Shown: positions 1 to 11,255 of the stretch, piece by piece
How the letters are laid out: each line of letters opens with the position of its first letter
Position numbering within the stretch: position 1 is the first letter of the stretch
Assembly (NCBI GenBank): GCA_963748815.1
Contig: CAVVKJ010000010.1
Location: 1-64,000 of the forward strand
Source: an uncultured Gemmatimonadales bacterium
Lineage (GTDB): Bacteria > Gemmatimonadota > Gemmatimonadetes > Gemmatimonadales > GWC2-71-9
Length of the DNA: 64,000 bases
Direction: 5' to 3'
Program-made: the position numbers and the translations under genes
Notes under the pieces: model-generated
The model's input: the letters and a program-made list of their open reading frames with translations, nothing else
What the model was told of the DNA's origin: nothing
The model's database searches: none

Positions 1-232
1 GGCGACCGCCTGCAGTCCGCCCTCGGCCGGATGATCGAGGCGCGGCGGAGCAGCGTCGAGCGCATCGCCGCCCAGCTGGACGCGCTGAGCCCCCTCCGGG
101 TGCTGGCGCGCGGGTACAGCGCGGCGCAGGACGACACGGGTCGCGTGCTGTCGCACGTGGCCGACTTTCCCATCGGGCCGGCCCTTCCGACTCCGCGTCA
201 GCGACGGATCGGTCCCGGCGCGCGCGGAGTAG
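1..232 (+). CDS. xseA: Exodeoxyribonuclease VII large subunit, 3' end (partial; one apparent frameshift near 180)
   Basis: LDALSPLRVLARGYS motif; alternate frame reads FRLRVSDGSVPARAE to TAG at 230-232; precedes xseB-ispA-dxs. Confidence 0.88.
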
Positions 233-237
233 ACGAC

Positions 238-473
238 ATGGCCAAGCCACCGACCGACCTCCCGACCCTGCAGGACGACCTCCGCCGCCTCGAAGAGATC
301 GTGCGCCGCCTGGAGGCCGACGATGCCGACCTCGACGCCGCCCTCGCGCTGTTCGAGGAAGGGGTGGTGCGGTTGCGCGCGGCGCGGGAGCGGCTGGCGG
401 AAGCCGAGGCGCGGGTCAAGAAGGTCGTCAGCAGGCCGATGGAAGCGTGGGGCTTGTCGATCTCGAAGGCTGA
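238..473 (+). CDS. xseB: Exodeoxyribonuclease VII small subunit (frameshift near 430)
   Basis: LRRLEEIVRRLE...LDAALALFEEGV...LAEAEARVKKV; synteny. Confidence 0.88.
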
Positions 474-1374
474 GCCCAGCGCCGAGCCGTTGCTCCACGA
501 ATCGCGGGAGCGCACCGACGCGATCCTCGAGGAGTGGGCGACCCGCCTCGAAGGGGAGCTGTCGGGGACGCTCGGGGAGGCGCTCGCGTACGCCCTCTCG
601 CAGCCCCGGGAAAGCGGGTTCGACCCGCGCTGCTCATCGCCGCCTCCGCGCCGTCGGTGGCGCTCCGCGCCATCGGGGGAGTCGCCACCGCGGTCGAGAT
701 CGTCCATACGTATTCGCTGGTGCACGACGATCTCCCCTGCATGGACGACGACGACCATGCGTCGGGGCCGACCGACCACCCACCGGCCGTTCGATGTGGC
801 CACGGCCACGCGCGTGGGGTTCCTGCTCGTGCCGGTCGCCGCGGAGTCTTGGCCGACGCCTCCGCGCTCCCTCGGGCTGTCGGTGCCGAGACGGCGGGCG
901 CTCGCCGCCGAGTTGTTCGGGGCGGGCGGGATACGCGGCATGGTCGGCGGGCAGTGGCTCGATCTCGAGGCGGAGGGGCGGCCAGTTGGACGCTCGCCGG
1001 GGCTGCGGCGGTCCACCGGGGGACCACTGGCGCCCTGATCCGGGCGGTCGTGGTGCTCGGCGGGCTGGCGGCGGGGCGCCAGACCGCGTGGTGGACGCCT
1101 TGCGCGGAGTATGGACGGGAGATCGGGCTCGCCTTTCAGGTGGCCGATGACGTCCTCGATGCCACCGGCGACCAGCCGCGGCGCTCGGCCAGACCGCCGG
1201 GAGGATGCCGCCGTCGCCAAGTCCACCTACGTGCGGCTGCTCGGGGTGGAGCAGGCGCGCCTCGCGGCCGCCCGCCAGGCGCCCGGAGGCGGCGGCGAAC
1301 GCCCTCGGTCGCTCCGGCGTGCCCTGGACACGCTCGCCGCGCTCGCCCGCTATATTGTGACTCGACGCTACTGA
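454..1374 (+). CDS. ispA: Polyprenyl/farnesyl diphosphate synthase (several apparent frameshifts)
   Basis: GKRVRP, VEIVHTYSLVHDDLPCMDDD, RRGRPT, GMVGGQWLDL and GLAFQVADDVLD motifs spread over frames. Confidence 0.88.
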
Positions 1375-1391
1375 ACCAGGACCCGCGTCTC

Positions 1392-3297
1392 ATGGCACTG
1401 CTCGAGACCCTGCACGGCCCCGAAGACCTCAAGCGCGTTCCCCGGGAACAGCCGGAACTGGCGCAGGAGGTCCGGGAGACGGCTCATCGACTGCGTTTCC
1501 GTCACCGGCGGCCACATCGGCGCCAGCCTCGGCGTGGTGGAACTGGCCATCGCCCTGTTGTACGAATTCGATTCCCCCACCGACAAGATCCTCTGGGACG
1601 TCGGACACCAGGCCTACGCCTGGAAGCTGCTCACGGGCCGCAACGCCGATTTCCCGACGCTGCGCGCCAACGGAGGCCTGCTCCGGCTTCCTCAGGAGCG
1701 CCACCGAAGCGCGCACGACCACTTCAGCGCCCGGGCATGCCGGCACCGCGATGTCGCCAGCCTTCGGCATGGCGACCGCCCGGGACCTGAGGGGTGGCCA
1801 CAGCAAGGTGGTGGCCGTCGTGGGCGACGGCGCGCTCACCTGCGGCCTCTCCTACGAGGGGATGAACAACGCCGGCCACTCCGATACCGACATCATCCTG
1901 ATCGTCAACGACAACGGGATGAGCATCTCGCCGAACGTCGGCGCCATCAGCCGCACCCTCGGCGGGATCGTCGCGAACCCCCTCACCAACAAGGTGCGGG
2001 AGCGCGTCAAGGGACTCACCGTCGCGGCCTCGAAGGTGTTCGGCGACCGGGTGGTGGACTTCGCCAAGAACCTCGAGGAGAGCGCCAAGAACCTCTTCTC
2101 CGACGGCATGTTCTTCGAGGAGATGGGCTTCCGGTATTTCGGCCCCATCGACGGCCACGACCTGAAGAAGCTCACCGAGACCCCCTCCGCTTCGTCCGAG
2201 CCCTCAAGGGGCCGCGGGTCGTGCACGTGCTGACCGAGAAGGGCAAGGGCTTCGCACGCCTACGCGGAGGAGAACCGCGAGAAGTGGCACGGGCTGGCGG
2301 CGTACGATCCGGTCACCGGCGAGGCCCGGAAGAAGTCCAGCGGCCCTCCGCGCACCTGGACCCAGGTGTTCGGCGACGGGCTCTCGGCGCTGGCGCACGA
2401 GTTCCCCGACTTCGTGGCGGTGACCGCCGCCATGCCGAGCGGCACCGGCACCAACATCTTCCAGAAGGCGTGGCCGGCGCGGTTCTTCGACGTCGGCATC
2501 GCCGAAGGGCATGCGGTCACCTTCGCGGGTGGGCTGGCGACGCAGGGCGTGCGCCCGGTGGTGGCCATCTACAGCACGTTCCTGCAACGGGCGTACGACA
2601 ACATCATCCACGACATCGCGGTGCAGCACCTGCCCGTGGTGTTCTGCATGGATCGGGCGGGGCTCGTCGGCGAAGACGGGCAGACCCACATGGGGCTGTA
2701 CGACATCGCCTACATGCTGGCGGTGCCCGGAATGACCGTGACCGCCCCGAAGGACGGCGACGAACTGATCGGGCTGCTCAAGACCGCGCTGGTTCACGAG
2801 GGCGGCCCCTTCTGCACCCGCTATCCGCGCGACAAGGTGCCGGCGGAGCCGAGCCCCGTGGCCGAGTGGACCCGGTGCCCTACGGCACGTGGGAAATGCT
2901 GCGGCAAGGCCGTGACGTGGCGATCCTTGGCGTCGGCACGATGGTGCAGCCGAGCCTCGAGGCCGCCGAACTGCTCGGCGCCGAGGGGCTGGACTGCACC
3001 GTGGTCAACGCCCGCTTCCTGAAGCCGCTGGATCGGGCGATGCTCGAGGGGTTGCTGGCCGACCACCGGGTGCTGGTCACGGTAGAGGGGTCGGTCGTGA
3101 ACGGGTTCGGCGCCTACCTCGCGGAAACGGTGCAGGCCATTGCGCCCAATGTCCGGGTCATTGCGCTCGGCGTGCCGGACCGCCTGGTGGAACAGGCGCC
3201 GCGCGCCGACCAGCTCGCGTCGTTCGGTCTCACCGCCGACGGCATCGCCCGGCGGGTCACGGCGCTGCACGGCGAGGAATCGGTCGAGGCCCGATGA
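1392..3297 (+). CDS. dxs: 1-deoxy-D-xylulose-5-phosphate synthase (several apparent frameshifts)
   Basis: [71 protein letters not shown]. Confidence 0.95.
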
Positions 3298-4164
3298 ACG
3301 TCGGCGTCTGCGGCAACCATCGGTACGCCGAACTCCGCGGGCTGCTGGAGCAACTGGCGGCGCTCGCCCCCGAGCGGGGGATTCATATCTTTGCCGAGCC
3401 TCTCCTCGCGGAGTTCTGGCCCGGCGCCCCTCCCCCTGATCTCGATGCCGCGTCGCTCGACGTGCTCCTCACCTTCGGCGGCGATGGCACGCTCCTCCGT
3501 GGCGCGCGCATGCTGGAAGGCCGCGGGGTGCCGATCCTCGGCATCAATCTCGGCAAGGTCGGATTCCTCACGAGTGTGTCCCGCAACGCGATGCCCGCCG
3601 CGCTCGACGCGCTGGTCGGCGGTCGCTACACCACCGAGCCCCGGCAGGCCCTCAAGTCCGTCATCCAGGATGCCGACGGCCGCACCACCGCGCTCGACCT
3701 CGCCCTCAACGACGTGGTGGTCCACAAGGGGGGTGTGGCGCGCGTCATCCGGCTGGACGTCGAGGTCCAGGGGGAAAACGTCGGACCCTACAGCGCCGAC
3801 GGCATCATCGTCGCCACGCCGACCGGGTCGACGGCGTACTCGCTGAGCGCCGGCGGGCCGATCGTCGTCCCCGGCGTGCAAGCCCTCGTCATCACCCCCA
3901 TCTGCGCCCACACCCTGGCGGTCCGGCCGCTGGTCTTCCCGGCCACCTGGGAAGTCGTCATCCAGCCGGTCGACCCGGAGGACCAGGAAGTCATCGTCTC
4001 GGTGGACGGTCAGGTCGTCACCCACCTGTCCGCCGGTAGCCGGGTGCGCATCCGCGTGGCGGAATCGCCGGTGAAGCTGGTGCGGGTCGGCCCCGAGGGG
4101 TACTTCCAGCGGATGCGCCAGGAAACTCCACTGGGGCGACCTGACCGACCGCTCCCCGATCTAG
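3294..4164 (+). CDS. nadK: NAD kinase (frameshift near the 3' end)
   Basis: [39 protein letters not shown]; tail KLHWGDL in alternate frame ends at TAG 4162-4164. Confidence 0.93.
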
Positions 4165-5832
4165 ATGCTCGCCGAACTCCGTGTCCGCGACGTCGCCACG
4201 ATCGCGGACGTCACCCTCCCGCTCGGCCCCGGCCTCAACGTCCTCACCGGTGAAACCGGTGCCGGCAAGTCTATCCTCGTCGACGCCCTGGGCCTCCTCC
4301 TCGGCGGACGGGGCGACAGCGGCGTGGTGCGCCCCGGCGCCGGCCGCGCCGTGGTGGAGGGGGCGTTCGAGGGATTGTCGCGCGCGCTGACCCGTCGGGT
4401 CGAGGCGCTCGGAGTCGATGTGGACGAGGGGCGCCTCGTGATCCGCCGCGAGGTGAGCGCCGAGGGGCGGTCCGCGCCAGCCGGATCAACGGGAGTCCCG
4501 CCACCGTCGGGGTGCTGGCCGCGCTCGGTGCACGACTGGTCGACCTCCACGGCCAGCACGAGACGGTTTCCCTCCTCAAGCCCGAAACCCAGCGTGACAT
4601 TCTCGACGCCTACGCGCAGGCCGGTTCGGAGCGGGAAACCGTTGCCGCCGCGCACGAGGCGCTGTCGGCACTCCGCGCCCAGGAGGCGGGGCTGGGCTCC
4701 CGCCTCGAGGAAGTGCGCCGCCGGGCCGACTACCTGAAGCACGTGACCGACGAGATCGCCGCCGCGCGGCTGAAGCCGGGCGAGGACGGAGGCCCTGGCG
4801 CAGGAGGCCCGGCGACTGGCGCATGCAAGCTCCCTGGAGGAACAGGCGCGGACGCTGTCCGACGCCATCGACGGCGAGGAGGGAGGCGCGTTGCGCGCCC
4901 TGACCACCGCCGAGCGGGCGCTGGGGCACCTGGAACGGATCGATTGTCGAGTAGTACCTGGCGGGAAGCTCCTCGACGGCGCCTACGCGCAGCTCGCCGA
5001 GATCGCCCGGCTGGCTGCCGGGTACGCGGACGAGGTGGAGCGTGATCCGGGCGCGCCTGGAGTCGGTGGAGCGCCGGCGCGACGTGCTCTCCCGTCTGCG
5101 GCAGAACACGGCGGGACGCTCGAGGCGGTGCTGGAGACGCACCGCGCCGCGGCCGCTGACTCGGGAGTTGCTCGACACTCGCCGACGCCGACCTCCGCGC
5201 GCTGGGAGCGAAGCGGAGCGTGGCGGAGACGGCGGCGCGCGTCGCCGCGGCGGCGTTGAGCGAGAAACGGACGGAGGCCGCGGGCCGGCTCGGCCGCGCG
5301 GTGGGCCGGTTACTGCCGAAGCTGGGCCTGGCCGGCGGCAAGTTCGAGGTGGCGCTCACGCCGCTGGCCGAGCCGGGCCCGGATGGCGCCGAGGCGGTGC
5401 AGTTCACGGTGCGGCTCAACGTGGGGCTCGACGCCCAGCCGATTCCAGAAGGTCGCCTCGGGCGGCGAGCTCTCCCGCCTGATGCTCGCGCTCGAGGTCG
5501 TGGTGGCAACGCACGATCGCATTCCGACCTTCGTGTTTGACGAAATCGACCAGGGGATCGGCGGCGAGGTGGGGGGGCAGGTCGGGCAGGCGCTGGCCGA
5601 CGTCGCCACGCAGCACCAGGTGCTGGTCATCACTCACCTGCCGCAGATTGCCGTCCGCGCGGATCGGCACCTTGTCGTGTCGAAGGGGGTCGAGGGCGGC
5701 GTCGCGACGAGCCGCGTCGAGACGATCCTCGGCGAGGACCGGGTCACGGAAATTGCCCGGATGCTGGGGGACCCCGACGGCGCCGCCGCGCGGCGGCACG
5801 CGGAGGAGATGCTGGGGCGTGCGGTCCATTGA
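4165..5832 (+). CDS. recN: DNA repair protein RecN (several apparent frameshifts)
   Basis: LTGETGAGKS Walker A, LHGQHE, VASGGELSRLMLA, FDEID, ITHLPQIA, EIARML. Confidence 0.95.
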
Positions 5833-5857
5833 CAGGCCCGATGCCGATCCATATCTC
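5829..5857 (+). promoter_or_regulatory. Candidate sigma70 promoter for the downstream lipoprotein gene
   Basis: Perfect TTGACA (5829-5834), 17-bp spacer, weak -10 TATCTC (5852-5857). Confidence 0.4.
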
Positions 5858-5863
5858 TTGAGC

Positions 5864-6796
5864 ATGCCGACCGTGCGCCGCCTCCTGCGGGCCCTTCCGC
5901 TTGCCTTGCTCATGACGGTGGGCTGCTCCGACTCCACCGATCTGGTGGAGGTGGTGCCCAGGCAGCTGTACTACCTCGCCTGGAACAGTGGGACGTATCC
6001 CTACATCTCTGGAGACCTCAAGCTCTACGGGCTGGCCCTGGACGGCAGCAGCCCGGTGCCGATCCTGCCCGATTCCGTCCGCGCCAAGATGAGGCTCAAC
6101 GAAAACTTTCCGCCCTGGATCTCCCGGGACGGGAAGCAGATCAAGCTCATCTCCGGGTATACCGACTCCACGGCCTCCATCGTCACGGTGGACCAGTTCG
6201 GCGGCCTGCTCTCGGTCGTCCCCTTCCCGGACAGCGTGCCCTTCTCCCCACGCCCGACGTTCTCGCCCGACGGGACCAGGCTGGCCTGGTACACGCGCGG
6301 CTTCCTGAAGATCGCCGCGGTCGATGGGAGCGGCATCCAGAAGATCAATTTCGATTCGCTGGGCTCGAGTTCCGGCGAGGTGGCGTGGTCGAGCGATGGC
6401 GGATCGGTGGCGTTCGTCACCTGGCACGCCCTCCAAATCGATCCCAGCACCCCCACCGACGTGCGCCTCTGGACTCGGCGGCTCGCCGACGGATTCACGC
6501 GTCCAGTCGCCACGCTGGCCGAGGCCGCGGGCGCACCGGCCTGGTCGCGCGATGGGAAGTGGCTGACGGTGACGGTCGAGGGGAGCGTTCACCGGCTCCG
6601 CGCCGACGGCAGCGGGACGGAGCAGGTGCTGTACGACGGGGGGCTGGCGGGCGCCCGGATGTCGGCGTGGGGGTCGGGCGATTCACTGGTCGCCATCGTG
6701 GCAGGCAACCGGCTGCTCCTCATTCACCCCGATGGGGGAGGCGCGCGCGCCATGCCGCAGACAGGCTACCTGAGCTCCGTGGCGTGGCGGGACTGA
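5864..6796 (+). CDS. Lipoprotein with TolB/PD40-like beta-propeller repeats
   Basis: Lipobox-like TVGC; repeats PTFSPDGTRLA, VAWSSDGGSVAF, PAWSRDGKWL. Confidence 0.75.
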   Translation: MPTVRRLLRALPLALLMTVGCSDSTDLVEVVPRQLYYLAWNSGTYPYISGDLKLYGLALDGSSPVPILPDSVRAKMRLNENFPPWISRDGKQIKLISGYTDSTASIVTVDQFGGLLSVVPFPDSVPFSPRPTFSPDGTRLAWYTRGFLKIAAVDGSGIQKINFDSLGSSSGEVAWSSDGGSVAFVTWHALQIDPSTPTDVRLWTRRLADGFTRPVATLAEAAGAPAWSRDGKWLTVTVEGSVHRLRADGSGTEQVLYDGGLAGARMSAWGSGDSLVAIVAGNRLLLIHPDGGGARAMPQTGYLSSVAWRD

Positions 6797-6811
6797 CCGC
6801 CGCGCGCCCAG

Positions 6812-8377
6812 CTATTCGGTGGCCGCCCCCCAGAACCGAAATGGCCACCGCAGCCCCATCCTGATCGTCCCCGCCTTCGGCACCACCCCGCCGCTCGCCG
6901 CCACCACCGTTTCATAGAGCCAGAAGGCGTCCATCGGGACCTTGGTGCCCACTTGTGCGGGCGCATAGCTGAGGCCGCCGCCCACGATGGTGGCGCTCCG
7001 CTGGGTGTCCGTCGCCAGCTCGCCGGCGCTGACGCCGGGGATCGCGTCGGAGGCCGAGGCATACTCCACGACGTCCGCGCCGTGGTTCCAGTAGCGGACG
7101 ACTCCGACGATCGCGAACCCCGTGGCGAGCTGGAAATACGGCATTGCGCTGAGCGCCAGGTCGTTGCCGGGATCCCGGGTGACGGTCGCGAGACGGTCGG
7201 CCCAGGGGATCGGCTGCGAGGGGAGCGTCACCCGTTCCTGGGCGGTGAGCGACAATTGATCGTTGTAGCTCCCCGCAAGCCGCGCCCCGACCTTGCTGCC
7301 GCCGACGTCCGCCGTCAGCGCGACCTGCAGGTCGGTCTGGCCCCCGCCGGTGGGAAGGCTCACGAAGTTGTTCGGCAGCGGCTGGTAGCCTGTCGGGAGC
7401 CGGACGAGGGTCTGGGCGACGAGCCGGAGTCCGCCGGAGTGTCCGGGACGGTTCCACCGGTCGATGAAGGTGTAGGTGGCCCCCAGCTCGACGTCGCCGA
7501 GGAGGAAGCTGGTGACGTTGTCAAACGAGGAAGCGCCGATGGGCCCGCCGGGATTGGTCAGGTACGACTGGTACTCCGACGAGGTCAGCGCGGTGGCGGG
7601 GAGGGGAAGGGGCTGTGTGAACGACGGGATGCCGAGGACGGCCAGGTTGGCTTGCGTGGCGGTGACCGCGCCTGCCATCGTCTGGCCGGCGGCGCTCCCT
7701 GCGAGCGGCACGAAGTCGCCGGACTCGCCCGGCACGACGAAGAGCGACGCGAGATTGGCCCAGTAGACGGTGCCACTGGCGAGTGTCGCCACGGCCAGCG
7801 CGCTGTCGGTGGGGTTTCCGCTGTAGTAGCCGGTCTGGAGGCGCAGGTCGAGGGTGTCGAGCGCCGCCTTGTAGTCGGCCAGGAAGAGGTTCACGGAGTC
7901 GGCGCCGGCGGCGGTGCCGAAGACGGGGTCGGCGGGGTTGAAGCCGGTGTTCGCCCCCGTGGTGTCGAAGCCGTAGGTGATCTGCACCTGCTGGCGCACG
8001 ACGGGGACGACCCCGAAGAGACTGAGCCTGGAGGTGAGGCCGATGGCGGCCGAGAGCAGGAGGGTGCCGACGCTCGCCTGCGCGTGCATGGTGGCGCCGC
8101 CGACGCTCAGGGCGTAGCCGGGATTGCCGGTGAGGTTGGCGATCTGCGCCTGGTTGGAGGCGAGCTCCGGATAGAAGGCGGTGCCGATCATCGGGGTCGT
8201 GAACTGGGCGCGGTAGGGTTGCTCCGTGCCGCCGCAGTACTGGTCGCCGGTATTGGCGAAGTCGCCGCCGATGCCGAAGCGGACGATGCCGCGCGGCACG
8301 CCGATTTCGGGCAGTTGCGCGGCGGCTGGGGTGGTCAGCAGGATCGCGAGGGCGATCCCCTGGATGCATTGCCTCAA
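6812..8377 (-). CDS. Secreted hypothetical protein, probable outer-membrane beta-barrel with a helical insert
   Basis: 521-aa ORF, GGAGG RBS, signal peptide ending PAAAQ, amphipathic strands and aromatic C-terminus (MGLRWPFRFW). Confidence 0.65.
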   Translation of the reverse strand: MRQCIQGIALAILLTTPAAAQLPEIGVPRGIVRFGIGGDFANTGDQYCGGTEQPYRAQFTTPMIGTAFYPELASNQAQIANLTGNPGYALSVGGATMHAQASVGTLLLSAAIGLTSRLSLFGVVPVVRQQVQITYGFDTTGANTGFNPADPVFGTAAGADSVNLFLADYKAALDTLDLRLQTGYYSGNPTDSALAVATLASGTVYWANLASLFVVPGESGDFVPLAGSAAGQTMAGAVTATQANLAVLGIPSFTQPLPLPATALTSSEYQSYLTNPGGPIGASSFDNVTSFLLGDVELGATYTFIDRWNRPGHSGGLRLVAQTLVRLPTGYQPLPNNFVSLPTGGGQTDLQVALTADVGGSKVGARLAGSYNDQLSLTAQERVTLPSQPIPWADRLATVTRDPGNDLALSAMPYFQLATGFAIVGVVRYWNHGADVVEYASASDAIPGVSAGELATDTQRSATIVGGGLSYAPAQVGTKVPMDAFWLYETVVAASGGVVPKAGTIRMGLRWPFRFWGAATE

Positions 8378-8403
8378 TCATCCTCCGGCGGTACTCTCTC
8401 GAT

Positions 8404-9546
8404 GTGACCCTCAACTCCCCGCTTCGGCTCGCAAGTTCGCTCTTCGAGGCCTCCTTTGCCAGTCGCCCGGCGGCGGGTGCCTCGGCCCCCGGCCGCGTCA
8501 ACCTGCTGGGGGAGCACACCGACTATAACGGCGGGCCGGTGCTGCCCTTCGCGATACCCCGGCGGACGGTCGTGCTCGCCGGGCGGGCAGAGGGGTGGAC
8601 GGCGGTGTCCGCGGTGGATGGAATTCCGCTCCCGTTCGACCCGGCGGCGACCCCCGAGCGGCGCTGGACCGACTACCTCGGTGGGGTGGTGCGGGTGCTG
8701 CAGGATGTCGGCGCCGCGCCCGCCGGCGCATGCCTCGCGGTCGCCAGCGCGGTACCCATTGGCGCGGGGTTGTCCTCCTCGGCGGCGTTGTCGGTGGCGG
8801 CGGCCCGTGCGCTGTCGCAACTGGCCGGCCGCCGGCTGTCACGGGAGGCGCTTGCGGAGGTCGCCTACCACGCCGAGCACGATGTCGTCGGGGTGCAGTG
8901 CGGGCGGATGGACCAGATGATCGCGGCGCACGCGACGGCCCGGCATGCGGCGATGATCGAGACGGCGGATCGGACCGTCGCGCAGATTCCCTTCGATGCG
9001 CCGGTGCTGCTGGTGGAGACGGGCGTGTCGCACCGCCTGGCGGACAGCGAGTACAATCGTCGCCGGGCAGAGTGTGGTGCCGCGTTGGAGGCGTGCCGTG
9101 CGGCGGGGGTGGATGCGGCCGAGCTGGCGGCGGTGCCGGAGGTACAGCTTCAGCGGCTGGCCGGCAAGATGGAGCCGGTGCTCTTCCGCCGGCTCCGGCA
9201 CGTGGTGCGGGAGACGGCGCGCACCCGCGCGGCGGCGGCGGCCCTGCGTGCCGGGGACCTCGAGCGGATGGGGCAACTGCTGCTCGAGGGGCATGCCTCG
9301 ATCCGTGACGACTTCGAGTCGAGTTGTGGCGAGGCGGACCGGATCGTGGAGAGCGCGGCGCGGCACGGCGCCTGGGGGGCTCGGCTGACGGGGGCGGGGT
9401 GGGGCGGAACGGTCCTGGTGCTGGCGCCGACGGACCGGATGGCCCGCCTCGCCAAGGCGGTGGCGGCCGACTATCAACGTGAGACCGGCCGTGCGCCGGT
9501 CATCTGGAAGGCGAAGGCGTCTGGCGGGGTCCGCAGCGAGCGGTGA
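8404..9546 (+). CDS. galK: Galactokinase (GHMP family)
   Basis: APGRVNLLGEHTDYNGG, PIGAGLSSSAA, CGRMDQ, GARLTGAGWGG. Confidence 0.92.
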   Translation: MTLNSPLRLASSLFEASFASRPAAGASAPGRVNLLGEHTDYNGGPVLPFAIPRRTVVLAGRAEGWTAVSAVDGIPLPFDPAATPERRWTDYLGGVVRVLQDVGAAPAGACLAVASAVPIGAGLSSSAALSVAAARALSQLAGRRLSREALAEVAYHAEHDVVGVQCGRMDQMIAAHATARHAAMIETADRTVAQIPFDAPVLLVETGVSHRLADSEYNRRRAECGAALEACRAAGVDAAELAAVPEVQLQRLAGKMEPVLFRRLRHVVRETARTRAAAAALRAGDLERMGQLLLEGHASIRDDFESSCGEADRIVESAARHGAWGARLTGAGWGGTVLVLAPTDRMARLAKAVAADYQRETGRAPVIWKAKASGGVRSER

Positions 9547-9561
9547 TATTCTTCACCACCC

Positions 9562-9647
9562 GCCCGGGTGGCGAAACTGGCAGACGCATGGGACTTAAAA
9601 TCCCAAGGGGAGCAATCCCCATGTGGGTTCGATCCCCACCCCGGGCA
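9562..9647 (+). tRNA. tRNA-Leu, anticodon TAA, long variable arm, CCA not encoded
   Basis: Acceptor stem GCCCGGG/CCCGGGC-A; D arm GCG-AAACTGGCAGA-CGC; anticodon arm TGGGA-CTTAAAA-TCCCA; variable arm GGGGA-GCAA-TCCCC; T arm GTGGG-TTCGATC-CCCAC. Confidence 0.97.
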
Positions 9648-9710
9648 CTGGTGGCGATTTCGTGGGACTCCCTTGCCGTCCGCCGGAGACTGCCGCTGTC
9701 TGGAGCGAGT

Positions 9711-11204
9711 ATGAGACAAGCGTCTCGCCACCCTGATCCCTCAAGCCTCCTGCCGCTCTTCTGCTGGGTGGCGGTCGCCTGCGGTTCTTCCGAGGCGGCT
9801 GGCCCCGCCGTGGGCGCTGCGGCCGAGGTCGTGGTGACTCCGGCGTCGGTGTCACTTTCCCAGCTGGCCTCCACCCCGCTCACCGTCCGCGTCTTTGACG
9901 AGCTCGGACGTGAAATCGCCAACCCTCCGCTCATCTACACCCCTGGAAATCCTGCCTTGGTCAGCGTTTCGGTCTCCGGCTTAGTCACTTCAAAGGGGCC
10001 GGCCGGCTCGACCAGCGTTCTTGTCCGCTCTGATACCGCGTCAGCCGCGGTACCGGTGACCGTGACGCAGGTGCCGACATCCATCCAGACCAGGAACCCG
10101 CTTCGACTCCCTTCCGGATCCTCGATTCAACTCGAGGGCACGGTGCTCGATGCGGTCAACGTCCCGATGCCATCCGAAATTGTGGTCTTCTCCTCGACGG
10201 CATCTGGCATCACGGTGACGGGCGCGGGACTTGTCACGTCACTCGGTCCGACTGGTCCCTACACCGTTCGTGCGACCTCCGGCTCGGTGTCCACCGATGT
10301 GCTGGTCGTGGTCCCCACCCACCCCACAGGCACGCAATGGACAAACGTGGCCCTGCAAGCCGGCTCCTGGGGCGTGGCGGTTTCCCCATTCGGTGTCGCG
10401 TACCTGACGGGTCCAGGAGCGCTAGCCCTCCTTCGGCTGAATCTGCCGAGTCTCGTCGCGCAGCCCACGGTGCCTGGAACGCTGCCCAACAGGGCGTTCG
10501 AGGTCGCGTTTTCCTCGGATGGCGCCTATGCATTCGCCCCATCGTTGGCCGCCTCGTCGATGTCGATCGTGGACGTCGCGGCGAATCAGGTTGTGGGACA
10601 GGTGATGAACATCCCGGATGACCAGCGCTCGGTTGCGGTTGCGCCCTCCGATTCGATCGTGTTCGTCGGCGGTGGAAGCGACACGCTGTACGTGATCAAC
10701 GTGCATTCACGGACCATCGTCCAGCGAACCAACTTGGGCCACCACGCCAACGCCCTGGTGTTCAGTCCGGACGGCCGGATGCTGTACGGAAGCTCGCCCG
10801 AGGGGCACGTGGTCATGGAAATCGATGCCTCAAGCTACGGGGTCGTGCGGACTTTTCCGGTCGGAGGGCAGCCCCAGGGCATCGCCATCTCCCCGGATGG
10901 CGCACTGCTCTACGTGGCCAATGAGCTGGGGTGGGTCCTTGTATGGGATATGGAGGCCAACGTGGCGCGGGACAGCGTCGCCCTCCCCGGCGGGCCATTC
11001 GGTCTGGCGATGACTCCTGATGCCGTACAGCTCTACGTGACTCTTCCGGACACCTCGACGACCAGGGTGGCGATACTCGACCGTCTTACCCTCGGGGTCC
11101 TGGCGTTTGTCCCGGTTCCCGCTCCTCGCCGGGTCGCCTTCACTTTCCTGGGGGATATGGCAGTGGTGGCAAACGGGACGAGCGGTGCGACCGTCATTCA
11201 ATAG
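9711..11204 (+). CDS. Lipoprotein with two Ig-like (Big_2-type) domains and a YVTN/YncE-type beta-propeller
   Basis: GGAG RBS, lipobox AVAC, 'VSVSGLVTSKG' and 'VTGAGLVTSLG' Ig-like repeats, propeller blades VAFSSDG, FSPDGRMLY, VGGQPQGIAISPDGALLYVAN, GPFGLAMTPD. Confidence 0.8.
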   Translation: MRQASRHPDPSSLLPLFCWVAVACGSSEAAGPAVGAAAEVVVTPASVSLSQLASTPLTVRVFDELGREIANPPLIYTPGNPALVSVSVSGLVTSKGPAGSTSVLVRSDTASAAVPVTVTQVPTSIQTRNPLRLPSGSSIQLEGTVLDAVNVPMPSEIVVFSSTASGITVTGAGLVTSLGPTGPYTVRATSGSVSTDVLVVVPTHPTGTQWTNVALQAGSWGVAVSPFGVAYLTGPGALALLRLNLPSLVAQPTVPGTLPNRAFEVAFSSDGAYAFAPSLAASSMSIVDVAANQVVGQVMNIPDDQRSVAVAPSDSIVFVGGGSDTLYVINVHSRTIVQRTNLGHHANALVFSPDGRMLYGSSPEGHVVMEIDASSYGVVRTFPVGGQPQGIAISPDGALLYVANELGWVLVWDMEANVARDSVALPGGPFGLAMTPDAVQLYVTLPDTSTTRVAILDRLTLGVLAFVPVPAPRRVAFTFLGDMAVVANGTSGATVIQ

Positions 11205-11255
11205 ACGGCGCATGCGCCAACGGTGCCAGCGGTCCACGGGGGCACTCGGCCCGAG

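Noticed and set aside
31..1038. Apparent XseA-XseB-IspA fusion ORF (335 aa)
   Set aside because: Produced by indels joining three genes; the native stops are visible in other frames at 230-232 and 471-473.
9543..9710. N-terminal extension of the 553-aa ORF running through the tRNA
   Set aside because: It overlaps the tRNA gene; ATG 9711 has an RBS and begins a lipoprotein signal.
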